A DNA stretch of 64,000 nt from an uncultured delta proteobacterium (GCA_963771175.1 CAVYSY010000011.1:1-64000), one strand, 5' to 3'; shown: positions 33,202-45,396, counted from the stretch's first letter. Made by a program: numbers and translations. The notes: generated by a model from the letters alone, not told the origin.

Positions 33202-33357
33202 CTACTTGCCCGCTTTGGGGTCCTGGGTGTCCCTTGCATCTGGCTTCTTCTCATCCTTGAGCGTGCCCATGCTCGAGCTCCACCACTCCGGGCACCCAAT
33301 GATGAAGAGGCCACCAAACACCACCATGCCCACCACGGAAACGATGATCACTTCCAT
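33202..33357 (-). CDS. Small single-TM membrane protein
   Basis: GGAG RBS; 51 aa with a hydrophobic N-terminus and charged tail. Confidence 0.45.
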   Translation of the reverse strand: MEVIIVSVVGMVVFGGLFIIGCPEWWSSSMGTLKDEKKPDARDTQDPKAGK

Positions 33358-33483
33358 GTGATTCTCCACGCCGCCCTGACTCGAGGACGGCCGCATAAGG
33401 TTTCAACAACGGAAACGGATTGAACCCAGACGGCTGAAGGAGTGGTCGCTCGGCGTCACCGCCGGGCCAGCCCACCGGGGTGC

Positions 33484-33869
33484 TCATTCCTTCGCGACCT
33501 CAATCATTGTCATCATGCCGGCCTCGGCATGTTCGAGGATGTGGCAGTGCATCATCCAACTGCCGACGTCCGTGGGGACGAGCGCGATGTCCACCTCCTC
33601 GCGTCCGTGGACGAGGACGGTGTCGCGGAAGAACGGCTCCTCCACCGGGACTCCGTTGCGTGCGAGCAGCCGGAAGGCTCGGCCACGAGGTCGAAGGTGC
33701 GCACCGTGCCGTGGGGACGGGCCTCCAGCGGGTAGGCGCCCTCGAACTCGCGCAGTGCCCGCTCGACTTGCGGCGACTTCTTCCCGCCCGGCGTGCAGGA
33801 ACCCGCCGCCAGGGCGGCTCCGAGGAGCGCGAGCATCAGCGCCGCCCGCCTCATCAAGCGCCTGTTCAT
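33484..33869 (-). pseudogene. Multicopper oxidase remnant with a large internal deletion
   Basis: Signal/lipoprotein N-terminus (..VRTFDLVAEPS) joined out of frame near 33675 to the C-terminal FRDTVLV...WMMHCHILEHAEAGMM. Confidence 0.8.
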
Positions 33870-34200
33870 ACCGCCTCCGATGCAAGGGGCGGCTCTACGG
33901 GTGGGAGTGGAAGGGGCTCATCGGAGGATGGAAAGGGGTGGAGGAATGCGGCGGCCACGCGGGCTCGCGCGCACCGGGAAGGTGTCAACACGTGAGTCGA
34001 GCTCCAGAGCAGGAGGGAATGGCTGGCCGGAGCGGAGAAGCGCGCCCGGCCCCTCAGGGCTTTCGCGGGGCAGAGGGGCAGCGCGGCGGGAATGCTCCAG
34101 GCCGCTCCTCTCCCGTTCGGCACAGCGCTTCGGTTCTCAAGCCACCCCTCGCGCTACGGCGGAGGGAGAGCCAGAGACCCGGGGCGTGCACCGGGAGCGC

Positions 34201-34599
34201 TCAAATGAGGAGCGAGCGGATGCGGAGGAAGACAGGTGGCCCCTGGGCGTGGGGCGTGTCCCAGAGGGCGAGCGATACGTGGAGGCCCCCCTCGGGAGCC
34301 CGGCGGGTGAGCCACATCGGCGGCAGGGCCGGTGGGACCGCGAGCGGGGAGGTGTGGCTGGAGAAGCCCGCGAGGGCCGGCGCGGGTAGCTCCTGGCCTG
34401 GCGCGTCGCAGCAGTCCATCCGCAACGTCGTCTGGTCGTGCGCGGCCTGCTCCGCCTTCTTCTCTCCGTGCGGGCACTCGCAGGCGGTGCGCGTCTCGGC
34501 CTGCTTCGGACAGAAGTGCGCGAGGCCGCCCAGCCCGGTGGCCACGGCCTGCCAGCCGAGCAGAAGTGCGAGCGTGAAGATGCGGAGGGCCAGCGACAC
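34201..34599 (-). CDS. DUF2946-like Cys/His-rich secreted leader protein with C-terminal QGPP motif
   Basis: GGGAGG RBS, signal-like N-terminus, HFC..CEC.H, MDCC, Pro-rich region ending HAQGPPVFLRIRSLLI. Confidence 0.6.
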   Translation of the reverse strand: MSLALRIFTLALLLGWQAVATGLGGLAHFCPKQAETRTACECPHGEKKAEQAAHDQTTLRMDCCDAPGQELPAPALAGFSSHTSPLAVPPALPPMWLTRRAPEGGLHVSLALWDTPHAQGPPVFLRIRSLLI

Positions 34600-34682
34600 G
34601 GTGCCCTCCCCTATACGTCGGTCGAATATCCGCCGCAACCCGAGGGCTATCGCGCGGTGGTGTTGGGAGCGGGCCCGCGTGC

Positions 34683-36776
34683 TCAGCTCGCGGCCTTGGT
34701 GGGCGCCACGAGGTGCTCGCCGTGTGCGTGCTGCCGGGTGTGGTGCGAGGAGATGAACCTGCGCACCAGTGCTCGGGTCAGCAGCCCGCAGGTCTGGCTC
34801 CCCGGCGCGCCCGTGACGGGCAGGGCGTCCACGTCCTCCTGGTCCATCAGGTGGAGCGCGTGGGCCAGGTCCGTCTCCGGGGTGAGCAGGGGCACCTTGC
34901 GCGCCAGATCGCTGGCCACGAGCATGGGGTGCAGGTTCTCGTCGCGCCAGATCTCCCGGAACTGGTCCACCTGGACGATGCCGTACAGCTTGCCGTCCCC
35001 ATCCAGCACGGGCAGGGCGCCGCTCTCGGTGGTGAGCACCTGGTCCATGAGGGGGCGCATGTGCATGTCGGCGGGCACGGGGGCCAGCTCGCGCATCAGC
35101 GCGCGCACGGGGGTGGTGGCCAGCAGCTCCGCGTCCGTCTGCTCCTTGGGGGCCTTGCGCTCGGTGAGGTAGTGGCAGAGCGCGGAGGCGATGGTGCACG
35201 TCACCATGAGCGGCAGGATGATGGCGTCGTTCCCGCTCAGCTCGTAGAGCATCATCATCCCCGTGAGCGGCCCGCGGGTGAGCGCGGCCATGGCGCCGCC
35301 CATGCCGACAATCGCGTAGGCGCCGCTGGGCCCGGTGCTGTGGGGGAAGAAGTAGTGCACCAGGGTGCCGAAGGCGCCGCCAGCCATGGCGCCGATCACC
35401 GCAGAGGGGAAGAACGTGCCGCCCGAGCCGCCCGAGCCCAGGGTAATGGAGGTGGCCACCAGCTTCATCACGCACGCGGTGAGGAGGAAGACGAAGCTGA
35501 GCTGCCCGATGGCGGCGAGGTTGATGTAGTCGTGCCCGCTGCCCCACACGGTGGGGCTCACCAGGCCGAGCAGCCCCGCGCACAGCCCGCCCAGCCCCGC
35601 GCGCGTCGTCCGCGAGAGCCGGCCGAGCCGCGCCGACAGCCTTCCCTCGAACTGCCCGCCGAAGAAGCCCTCCGTGTGGTGCATCATCCGCACGAAGGCG
35701 TACGCGAGCAGGCCGCAGATCAGCCCCAGCCCCGCGTAGAAGATGACCTCCCAGCCGCCCCCCAGCCGGTAGTCGAGCCGGTTGAGCATCGGCGCCGCGC
35801 CCATGGTGCCGCGGCTCACCAGCGTCCCCGCCACGCTGGCGAGGATGATGGGCGAGAAGACGCGCAGCTCGAACTCCCGGAGGATGATCTCCATCGCGAA
35901 GATGGCGCCGGCGATGGGGGTATTGAAGGAGGCGGAGATGCCGGCACCAGCGCCGCAGGCCAGCAGGATGGCCAGCTCGCGGCGGGAGAAACCCAGGGTG
36001 CGGCCCACGGTGGAGGCGAAGGCGGCGCCTCCGTAGACGATGGGGCCCTCGCGCCCCGCCGAGCCGCCGGTCCCCATGGTGATGGCGCTGGCCACCAGCT
36101 TGAGCAGGCCGCGCTCCGCGGGCAGCTCCTCGTTCCTCTTCACCGCGCGCACCACCTCGGGGAGGCCGTGGCCACGGATATCCGGGTGGTCGCGCAGCAG
36201 CCGACCCACCACCAGGCCACCCAACGTCGGGGCCAGCAGGAAGAGCCACCACGGCAGGTGCGGGAGGATCTCCGTCATGTGGTGGGCGTTACCGAAGACG
36301 CGGTTGATCGCGGTGAGCGCCACCAGGGGGTAGTAGAGGGCGAGCGCGCCCAGCACGAGCAGGGACAGCAGTCTCAGCCGGCGCTTCACCTCGTCTCGGG
36401 GGCCGCCGGGCTCGATGACTCGCGCCAGCAGCAGGGCGCCGGAGGCCAGGGGGATGCCGATGATGGCGTACTCGACATGCCAGGACGCGCTGGTCAGCGC
36501 TTCCCATGAGGACACGAGGGTGCGCGAGCCGGGGCGGCGCAGGGCCTCGCCGAGCCACGCCAGGCTGAAGGCGAAGCCCCTCATCAGTCCGATGAGGTTG
36601 GCGAAGATGCCCGCGGCCAGGCCGCTGTAGAGGCCCACCACCGCGCCCGCCACTGGTAGCACCGAGGGCCCGGGAAGTCGGAGCCGATTGGAGGCCTGCA
36701 GGAGGGTGTGGATGATGCGCGGGAGCACCTCGCGCAGGACGACACGGGAGGAGGGGGGCGGAGGCTCGTCCTTCAT
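34683..36776 (-). CDS. ClC chloride channel/antiporter with CBS domains
   Basis: GHGLP, GSAGREGP, FNTPIAG, GGTFFP, C-terminal CBS pair. Confidence 0.9.
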   Translation of the reverse strand: MKDEPPPPSSRVVLREVLPRIIHTLLQASNRLRLPGPSVLPVAGAVVGLYSGLAAGIFANLIGLMRGFAFSLAWLGEALRRPGSRTLVSSWEALTSASWHVEYAIIGIPLASGALLLARVIEPGGPRDEVKRRLRLLSLLVLGALALYYPLVALTAINRVFGNAHHMTEILPHLPWWLFLLAPTLGGLVVGRLLRDHPDIRGHGLPEVVRAVKRNEELPAERGLLKLVASAITMGTGGSAGREGPIVYGGAAFASTVGRTLGFSRRELAILLACGAGAGISASFNTPIAGAIFAMEIILREFELRVFSPIILASVAGTLVSRGTMGAAPMLNRLDYRLGGGWEVIFYAGLGLICGLLAYAFVRMMHHTEGFFGGQFEGRLSARLGRLSRTTRAGLGGLCAGLLGLVSPTVWGSGHDYINLAAIGQLSFVFLLTACVMKLVATSITLGSGGSGGTFFPSAVIGAMAGGAFGTLVHYFFPHSTGPSGAYAIVGMGGAMAALTRGPLTGMMMLYELSGNDAIILPLMVTCTIASALCHYLTERKAPKEQTDAELLATTPVRALMRELAPVPADMHMRPLMDQVLTTESGALPVLDGDGKLYGIVQVDQFREIWRDENLHPMLVASDLARKVPLLTPETDLAHALHLMDQEDVDALPVTGAPGSQTCGLLTRALVRRFISSHHTRQHAHGEHLVAPTKAAS

Positions 36777-36849
36777 TTGGTGCCCCTACTAAACGCTCCT
36801 TGGGGACGGTTTCAAGCGGTACCCCGAAAGCCCTCCGATTCCCTCCAGC

Positions 36850-37626
36850 TCAGGGGGCGTGGATGCGCGTGGGCAGGCGAGCGCGCACCAGGAGGGCCAG
36901 CACCCCGAGCAGCAGCCACGGCGCCACGTGCGAGGCCGCCAGGTGGGGCACGCTCCCGTCCGGGCAGTGCAGGTTCAGCAGGAAGAGGCCCACCGCGCCC
37001 GCGGAGAGCCCCGCGGCCGTCGCCCTCGCCGGGTGGTACGCCGAGCGCCGCAGCAGCACCAGTGCCGCCAGCAGCGGCAGCGCCGACAGCATCATTTGCG
37101 CCCGCATGCACCCGAGGGCCCCCGCCAGGAAGCTCTTCACCGCCAGCCCCGAGCCGCCCAGCACCACCGCCAACGCCACCACCGCCGCGCTCGTGCCCAC
37201 CAGCCCCCAGGCCGCCTGTCGCATCGGCGCCAGCGCCACCACCGCGCCGCCCACCATCGCCGCCAGCATCAGCCCCGCCAGTCCCGCCACCACCAGGGGC
37301 GGCGCCGAGTTCGGCAGCCCCATTCGCGAGAGGCCCAGGGCGCCCAGCACCGTCACCAGCGCGTACACCCCCACCAGCAGCAGCACCTCGCGCCACCAGG
37401 GCGTCGCCTTCGGGTGGGCCTCCAGCTCCCGCAGCGCCTGGGCGCGCACCGACGCCAGCGCCGGAGCCGCCCTCGCCGGGGCCTTCGCGGGGGCCGGAGC
37501 GCCCTCGAGCGCACCGAAACCCTCCAGCAGTGCGCGACAGTCGGCGCACGAGGCCACATGCGCGGCCAGCTCCGGCGGGAGCGGCTGGCCGAGGCCGTCC
37601 ATCACTCGGTCGCACTCGGGGCTCAT
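36850..37626 (-). CDS. NrsF/DUF1109-like membrane anti-sigma factor with zinc-finger N-terminus
   Basis: HVASCADC, about 6 TM segments, LHCP..HLAASH; coupled to the ECF gene. Confidence 0.75.
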   Translation of the reverse strand: MSPECDRVMDGLGQPLPPELAAHVASCADCRALLEGFGALEGAPAPAKAPARAAPALASVRAQALRELEAHPKATPWWREVLLLVGVYALVTVLGALGLSRMGLPNSAPPLVVAGLAGLMLAAMVGGAVVALAPMRQAAWGLVGTSAAVVALAVVLGGSGLAVKSFLAGALGCMRAQMMLSALPLLAALVLLRRSAYHPARATAAGLSAGAVGLFLLNLHCPDGSVPHLAASHVAPWLLLGVLALLVRARLPTRIHAP

Positions 37627-38243
37627 CCGCTCGTCTCCTCCCTCAGGGCGGCCAGCAGCTCGCGCAGCCGCGCGTAGCCCCGGTGGGCCCGGACCTTCAC
37701 CGCCGACTCCGTCAGCCCCATCGACTCGGCTATCTCCGCGAAGCTCATTCCCTCGAAGCGGTGCAGGACGATGGGGATGCGCTGTCCCTCGGGCAGCTCG
37801 GCCAGGGCCCGCTGCACCGCGCGTTCGAGCCCGGCGTCCCTCTGGGCCGGCTCCTCCGCGGGCATGCTGGCCGGCAGCTCGCCTTTTTCCGTGAGGTCCT
37901 CGGGGCGCTTGCGCCGCTGCCAGTCCCGCGCCGCGTTGGTGGCGATGGCGTACAGCCACGGCTTCACCCGCGAGCCCTCCTGGAAGCGCCCGCGCGCCCG
38001 CACCAGGGAGAGGAACGTCTGCTGGGCCAGGTCCTCCGCCGCCGCCGGGCTGCCCGTCAGCCGGCTCAGGTAGCCGTGCATGGGCGCCGCATAGCGCTGG
38101 AAGAGGGCCTCGAAGGCCCGAGCGTCGCCCTGGCAGAACCGCGTCATCAGTACCTCGTCCGAGTCACCGGCGGCCACGGAGGGTGCCGGCTCATCAGCGG
38201 TACGCGCGGGGGCGACGTCGGGTTTCAGCGAAGGGGGCGACAC
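37623..38243 (-). CDS. ECF RNA polymerase sigma factor
   Basis: AEDLAQQTFL, WLYAIATN, region 4 GMSFAEIA...VKVRAHRG. Confidence 0.9.
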   Translation of the reverse strand: MSPPSLKPDVAPARTADEPAPSVAAGDSDEVLMTRFCQGDARAFEALFQRYAAPMHGYLSRLTGSPAAAEDLAQQTFLSLVRARGRFQEGSRVKPWLYAIATNAARDWQRRKRPEDLTEKGELPASMPAEEPAQRDAGLERAVQRALAELPEGQRIPIVLHRFEGMSFAEIAESMGLTESAVKVRAHRGYARLRELLAALREETSG

Positions 38244-38306
38244 GGTTCGTCTGGGAGGGGCACTCTATCCCAGATTCGGAGGTTTCCGGTCGCCCTCCGA
38301 CTCACT

Positions 38307-39339
<1,033 letters not shown>

Positions 39340-39422
39340 AGGGGGCCTCGGACTGGAAGCAGACCGAGCGGGAAGGTGCTCAGCCTCACCCCGCATCAAC
39401 ACCCCCTCATGTCATGGCAATG

Positions 39423-40862
39423 TCAGGCGGAAGCAGATTTCTGGAGCTCCGCCAGCCACTGCTCGAAGTCCGGGTGACCGTGCAGGGAGGCGAGGTCCTC
39501 GTCGGATGCCGCGTACTGGGCATCCCGGAAGCCCAGCTCCGTGGCGCGCCGCAGCAGGCGCGCCGCGTCATCCTTGTGGCGCGCCCGGGCATGAGCGCAC
39601 GCGGCGTCGTAGGCGAGGCGCGCGGACGGTGCGTGGGCCAGTCCCGCCTCGGCGATCGCCGCCGCCTCCGAGTAGGCCCCCCGGATGAAGAGGGTCCGCT
39701 GCGCACAGATGAAGGCCGCCTCCGGGTCCACCCCGGACAGTCGCAGCGCGGTCTGGACCTGCTCCGCGCGGATGAGCGAGCCGGCGTACTCGTGCAGCAC
39801 GGTCCGGTCCCGCGTCTCCTGCCACGCCAGCTCCCAGAGGGTGACCGCCCGATGCTCGTCTCCGACGAGGGAGAAGGCCGCCGCCAGCGCATGCGTCTCC
39901 ACCGGCCGGCGCTGCACCTGGGAGAAGTGGTCCAGCGCCAGGCGCCCCTGGCCGTTCTTGAGGGCCACCCAGCCCAGCAGGTGGTGGGCCCGCGAGGCGA
40001 GGTCCGGCGTGCTCTCCTCCGAGGCCAGCACGGCCTGGCCCCGCTGGCGGGCCTCGTCCAGACGGCCCTCGGCCAGCGCCACCTGGGCCTGTTGCATCTC
40101 CCGCAGCAGCGGCTCCGGGGCCACGCCCGAGGACACCTTCAGCTCTCCGCGCTGGGCGGCCATCAGCAGCCGCAGCGCCTGCGCCCCGTACAGGCCGAAG
40201 AAGATGCCGAGGATGGGCGCCTTGAAGCTCACCGCGAAGGCCACCGCGGCGAGGCACACCACCAGGGCCAGCGCCTGGGCCGCCACGAAGCCCATCTGTC
40301 CGAAGAGACGGGTGGCCACCGTGCTCACGATGTGGCCCCCATCCAACGGCGGGACGGGGAGCAGGTTGAAGATCGTCCAGCCGAGGTTGGCCCAGAAGAA
40401 CCAGGAGAGGATCGCGTTCAGCTCCTCGAAGTGCGGGCGCACGAAGGCGCGGAGGGCGAGTGCCGCCACGCCCAGCAGCAGCCCGGCGAGGGGCCCCGCG
40501 GCAGTCACCACCACCATCTTGTGCCAGGGGATGGGGTCGGGGGCGTTCGGTCGGGTGTGTCCCCCCATCCAGACCAGGGCGATGCTCGGCCGGTAGCCGA
40601 ACATCCGGCCGGCCAGCGCATGGCCCAGCTCGTGGACGAGCGCCGACAGGAAGACGATGAACATCCATGAGAGGACGAAGATCAGCGCCGTCTGGCCGTA
40701 CAGCGGGTCCGCCCGGTCGAGGAGGTGGCGGTTGGGCCAGACATCCGGGTCCAATCCCGCGGTGCCCGGGCCCGGCATGAAGGCGTAGGCCAGCAGCGCG
40801 GAGAAGAGCAGGTGCGTGGGGTGGATCTGGACGGGGATGCTCCCGAGCCGAAAGCGCAGCAT
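39423..40862 (-). CDS. Site-2 protease (M50) with C-terminal TPR region
   Basis: HELGH, AAGP, FNLLPVPPLDGG, TPR-like tail. Confidence 0.9.
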   Translation of the reverse strand: MLRFRLGSIPVQIHPTHLLFSALLAYAFMPGPGTAGLDPDVWPNRHLLDRADPLYGQTALIFVLSWMFIVFLSALVHELGHALAGRMFGYRPSIALVWMGGHTRPNAPDPIPWHKMVVVTAAGPLAGLLLGVAALALRAFVRPHFEELNAILSWFFWANLGWTIFNLLPVPPLDGGHIVSTVATRLFGQMGFVAAQALALVVCLAAVAFAVSFKAPILGIFFGLYGAQALRLLMAAQRGELKVSSGVAPEPLLREMQQAQVALAEGRLDEARQRGQAVLASEESTPDLASRAHHLLGWVALKNGQGRLALDHFSQVQRRPVETHALAAAFSLVGDEHRAVTLWELAWQETRDRTVLHEYAGSLIRAEQVQTALRLSGVDPEAAFICAQRTLFIRGAYSEAAAIAEAGLAHAPSARLAYDAACAHARARHKDDAARLLRRATELGFRDAQYAASDEDLASLHGHPDFEQWLAELQKSASA

Positions 40863-40952
40863 GGCCCCGACCTTAACCAATGGAGGGCGAGCGCGCAGGC
40901 CGACGACTGGACCCTGAATGAATTCCGTCAATCCGCTAGGTTCCTCCGGCTC

Positions 40953-41970
40953 ATGCTTCGCATCGGTCCCCACACGCTGCCCAACCCCTTCATCCTCGCT
41001 CCCATGGCGGGGGTGAGCGAGAAGCCCTTCCGCGTCATCGCCTTCCGGATGGGGGCGGCCCTCTGCCCCACCGAGCTGGTGAGCGCCCAGGGCCTCATGC
41101 GCGTCAACCAGCGCACCCTCAAGTACCTCCGCTTCGATCCCGAGGTGGAGCGGCCCTACAGCCTGCAGATTTTCGGCGGCGAGCCGGAGTCCATGGCCCG
41201 CGCCGCGGTCGTCGGCAAGGAGTACGGGGCGCAAATCATCGACATCAACATGGGCTGCCCGGTGAAGAAGGTGACCCGGAACGGCGCCGGTAGCGCCCTG
41301 TTGTGCGAGCCGGACGCGGGGCGCCGCCCTCGTGCGGGAGATCCACGCGGCCACCGGCCTGCCCGTCACCTGCAAAATCCGCTCGGGCTGGGACGACAAG
41401 AGCCTCAACTACCTCCAGGTGGCCGGGCAGCTCTTCGAGGCCGGCTGCGCGGCGCTCGCCATCCACCCGCGCACCCGGGAGCAGGGCTACTCGGGGCAGG
41501 CGGACTGGAGCGTCATCGCCGACCTCAAGCGCCACTTCCCGGACAGGCCCATCATCGGCAACGGCGACGTGAAGACGCCCGCGGACGCGCGCCGGATGCT
41601 GGAGACGCACCGGCTGCGACTACGTGATGATTGGCCGCGGGCGCACTGGGCAACCCGTGGATCTTCCGCGAGCTGCTCGGGGGCGAGCCGGCCACCCCGG
41701 AGGAGCGCCGCGAGCTGGTGCTGGAGCACCTCGCCGCGCACATCGACTTCGTGGGCGATGAGCTCGGGGCGGTGCGCTCCTTCCGCAAGCACCTGGCCTG
41801 GTACGCGCACGGCCTGCGCGGCGCCGCCGCCTTCCGCTCCGAGGTCAACCAGCTCGACTCGCCCGAGGCAGGTGCGGGACGCGGTGCGGCGCTTCTTCGG
41901 CTCCGCGCACGCCGACCCCAACGCCCCGGACGAGGAGCAGGACGTGGACTACCGCGCCGCGCTCGGCTGA
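40953..41970 (+). CDS. dusB: tRNA-dihydrouridine synthase B (frameshifts near 41315, 41610, 41640, 41870)
   Basis: LAPMAG, IDINMGCPVKKV, HPRT..Q.YSG, GNGDV, GNPWIF, RKHLAWY. Confidence 0.9.
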
Positions 41971-43275
41971 GCCGCGACCCCGAGGACGGCCTCCGGCGGG
42001 ACGAGTCGCCGGGTGGTGGCGACCTCCTGGAAGTAGCGGCAGGCCGGGGTGGGGCGGCGCTCCAGCGTCTCGAAGTCCACGTGGTAGAGGCCGAAGCGCG
42101 GCCCCCAGGCCTCCAGCCACTCGAAGTTGTCCAGCAGGCTCCAATAGAGGTAGCCGCGCACGTCCAGGCCCCGGGCGCGCGCGGCCAGCACCTCGCGCAG
42201 GTGGGTGTGGACGTAGTGCGGCCGGCGCTCCCCGCTCCGGTCGTCGATGCCGTTCTCCGTCACCCACACCGGCAGCCCGTAGCGCTGGAGCTCGCCCAGA
42301 ACCTGCCCGAAGCCCTCGGGGTACTCCTCCCAGCCGATGTCGGTGAGGCCCCGGCCGTGGATGTCCCGGAACTTGAAGTCGATGAAGGGGGGGCGGGGCA
42401 TGAAGCGCAGGTGGGCGCGGGTGTAGTAGTTCATCCCGATGAACTCGCACGAGCCGCGCGCGCCGGGGATGTCCACCCGGGTGGAGCCGATGCCGGGCAT
42501 GTTCACCCGGAGCTGTCCGGACACCAGCGCCTCGTGGAAGGCGTGGTTGTAGGCCTGGGCCCCCAGTCGGACGAGCGCGCGGTCGAGCGGGTGCCACCAC
42601 CGGTCCGGCGCGAAGGCCAGCATGTTCTGCGAGATGCCCAGCTCCACCCGGCCGAGCACGGCCTGGCAGCTCCTCGCGCGCGGCCACGTGGGCGCGCACC
42701 ATGTTCTCCAGCGCGGCCATCGTCTTCGCCGCATCCGCGATGCCGGGAGGCATGAGGCCCTGCAGGTAGCCGCCGAGCAGCAGCACCATGGGCTCGTTGA
42801 GGGTGATGACGAGTGCATCCAACCCCTTGAGAAGAGGGGCGCAGGCGCGCGCGTAGGCGCGGAAGGCCTCCACGCTCTCGGGCTGGTGCCAGGGCGTCTC
42901 GCGGTGGAACCAGGTGGGGTGGGTGAAGTGGTGGAGCGTCACCACCGGGCGCAGGCCGCGCGCCTTCATCCGCAGCAGCCGCTCGCGGTAGGCCTCGAGC
43001 GCCGCGCCGTCCGTGCGCCCGCGCTCCGGCTCGATGCGCGCCCACTCCAGCGAGATGCGGAAGGCGGTGGCCCCCACGTCGAGGGCGAGGCCGTAGTCCT
43101 CCTCGTAGCGGTGCCAGTGGTCCACCGCGCGGCCGCTGCGGGCGTGCGGCTCCTTCAACTTCCCGGCGCGCTCCCACTCGGCCCAGTCGTTCTCGATGCC
43201 GCCCTCCACCTGGTACGCGGAGGTGGCCACTCCGAAGGTGAACTCGGAGGGGAAGGTCATGTCGTGAGCACTCAT
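41949..43275 (-). CDS. Glycoside hydrolase family 1 (beta-glucosidase); frameshift near 42665
   Basis: FGVATSAYQVEG, TLHHF, NEP, TENG, WSLLDNFEW. Confidence 0.9.
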
Positions 43276-43640
43276 GCGGGCGAGCACCGTAGACGCGGCG
43301 CGGGCGCGCGCAAAGCGCGGTGGGTCCGAGTGTTGGTGCGGCGTCGAGTGCGCGCGAGGCGACATTGATGGGGCCCTCGGGGACGTGAAACGCGGCGGAG
43401 GCCGGAAAATCGGGCCCCGGCGCGTTCGTCTCTCGGGCCGAGAAGGTGCCGCGAGGGGGCCGGAAGGGGCCAGCGAACGCGCGCGATGCCGAAAAATCGG
43501 CGCGCCACGCGTTGCACTACATCACGATGCGTTGACACACTCGCATGTCGTCTCTACCATTGATGTCAAGCACTCCTCATGAGGGTGCAGGCCCCACTCT
43601 CGATGAGTGGTGGTGAAGTTGAACCAAACGGAGGGTTTAG

Positions 43641-43853
43641 ATGGCCGCCAAGAAGACGATCGCGAAGAAGGCCGCGGGTAAGAAGACCGCCGCGAAGAAG
43701 ACGACCCGCAAGACCGCTGCCCCGAAGACCGCCAAGAAGGCTCCGGCGAAGAAGGCCGCTGGCAAGGCCGCTGGCAAGAAGACCGCCGCGAAGAAGACCA
43801 CCCGCCGCAAGACCGCGTCGAAGGCCCCCTCGGCCGCCCCCACCGAGGGCTAG
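43641..43853 (+). CDS. Small Lys/Ala-rich histone-H1-like protein
   Basis: GGAGG RBS; 70 aa of KKAAGKKTAAKK repeats; followed by a terminator. Confidence 0.75.
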   Translation: MAAKKTIAKKAAGKKTAAKKTTRKTAAPKTAKKAPAKKAAGKAAGKKTAAKKTTRRKTASKAPSAAPTEG

Positions 43854-43882
43854 ACGTAGGGCAGCAAATTCGAGCAGTTTGG

Positions 43883-43920
43883 ACGGCTCGGCGGACTCTC
43901 CGCCGGGCCGTTTTCTTTTT
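43883..43920 (+). terminator. Rho-independent terminator
   Basis: Stem ACGGCTCGGCGGA-ctc-TCCGCCGGGCCGT followed by TTTCTTTTT. Confidence 0.8.
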
Positions 43921-43934
43921 CCAGGAGGACAGGG

Positions 43935-45396
43935 ATGTCGCTGCGTCCCTCGGAGTTGGAGCAGGTGGTGCCGGAGGTGGCCGCGCGGCTGGCGGGCGCG
44001 GTGGTGCAGAAGGCGTGGTGCCCGCTGCCGCGCCTGGCCTACCTGGAGCTGCGCGTGCCCGGTCGCTCCTTCCTCCTGTGCGTGTGCGCGGAGGGCGAGC
44101 TCGCCCGTGTCTCCGTGGCCGCTGATCGCTTCCCCACGCCCGGAGAGCCGGCGCCCTTCCAGCGGTGGCTGCGGCAGGAGCTGGTGGGCCTCAAGCTGAC
44201 CGGGGCCTCGTGGGCGGAGGAGGAGCGGGTGGTGACGCTGGACTTCCAGAGCGAGGACTCGCGGCGCCGGCTGGTGCTGGAGCTGGGCTCGCCGGGAGGG
44301 CTCGTGCTGCTGACGGAGGCGGGCCGGGTGCTGATGCTCTCCGGCGAGGGCCTGGCGCAGCGGCGTGCCCTGCACCCGGGCGGGCAGTGGGTGAAGCCCG
44401 AGCCGCTGTCCGCCGAGGTGCTCGCCCGGCACCCGGGCCTTGCCCTCTCGCCTGGAGCCCGTGCCCGGCGCTTTCGCTCCCTATGCGGAGGCGGCCGAGG
44501 GGGTGCTCGGGCCGAAGGACAAGGCGAGCCGCGCGGAGGCCATCCGCCGGAGGCTGGCGCTGCCGTACCGTGCCCGGCTCAAGCGCTCGGGGCGAACGCT
44601 GGAGAAGGTGCGCGCGGAGGCGGCGCGGGGCCCGGATGCCGAGCGCCACCGGCAGTTGGGCGAGCTGCTGAGCCAGAACCTCTACCGCCTGAAGCGGGGC
44701 AGCACCGAGGTGACGCTCACCGCGTACACCGAGTCGGGCATGGAGGAGGTGCAGGTGAAGCTGGACCCGAAGCGCACGCCGAAGGAGGAGGCGGACTGGC
44801 ACTTCCACCAGTACCGGCGGCTGCTGCGGGGCGTGGAGCACGCGCGGCAGCGCGAGGCGGAGCTGGCGCGCGAGGTGGGGCACGCGGAGGCGGCGCTCAA
44901 GCAGCTCGAGGCCCTGGACGAGACGGCGCTGCTGGCCCAGGCCGAGGTGCTGATGCAGGCGGCGGGCGAGGAAGGCCCACCCGAGGCCCGGCCCTTCAAG
45001 GAGTACGTGGGGCACGGGGGCCATCGCATCTGGGTGGGGAAGGGCGGCGAGGACAACGACACGCTCACCTTCAAGGTGGCGCGTCCCTACCACCTGTGGC
45101 TGCACGCGCGGGGGCTGCCGGGCAGCCATGTGGTGGTTCCCCTGGAGAAGAGCGCGGAGGTGTCGCAGGAGGTGCTATTGGACGCGGCGCACCTGGCGCT
45201 GCACCACTCGGGCGCCAAGGGCGAGCCGCGAGGCGAGGTGAGCTGGGTGCCGGTGAAGTTCGTGAAGAAGGTGAAGGGTGGGGCGCCCGGACAGGTGCTC
45301 TACACCCGGGAGAAGACGCTGGTGGTGCGGATGGAGCCGGAGCGGTTGGAGCGGTTGCTGAAGACGCGCGGAGGCGAGGCGCCGCCCGTCCCATGA
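43935..45396 (+). CDS. NFACT/RqcH (FbpA) family protein; frameshift near 44440
   Basis: ERVV.LDF, LVLEL, GELL, LDP..TP, NFACT-R motifs VGK..DND.LT, WLHARG.PGSHV, V..VKK. Confidence 0.85.
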
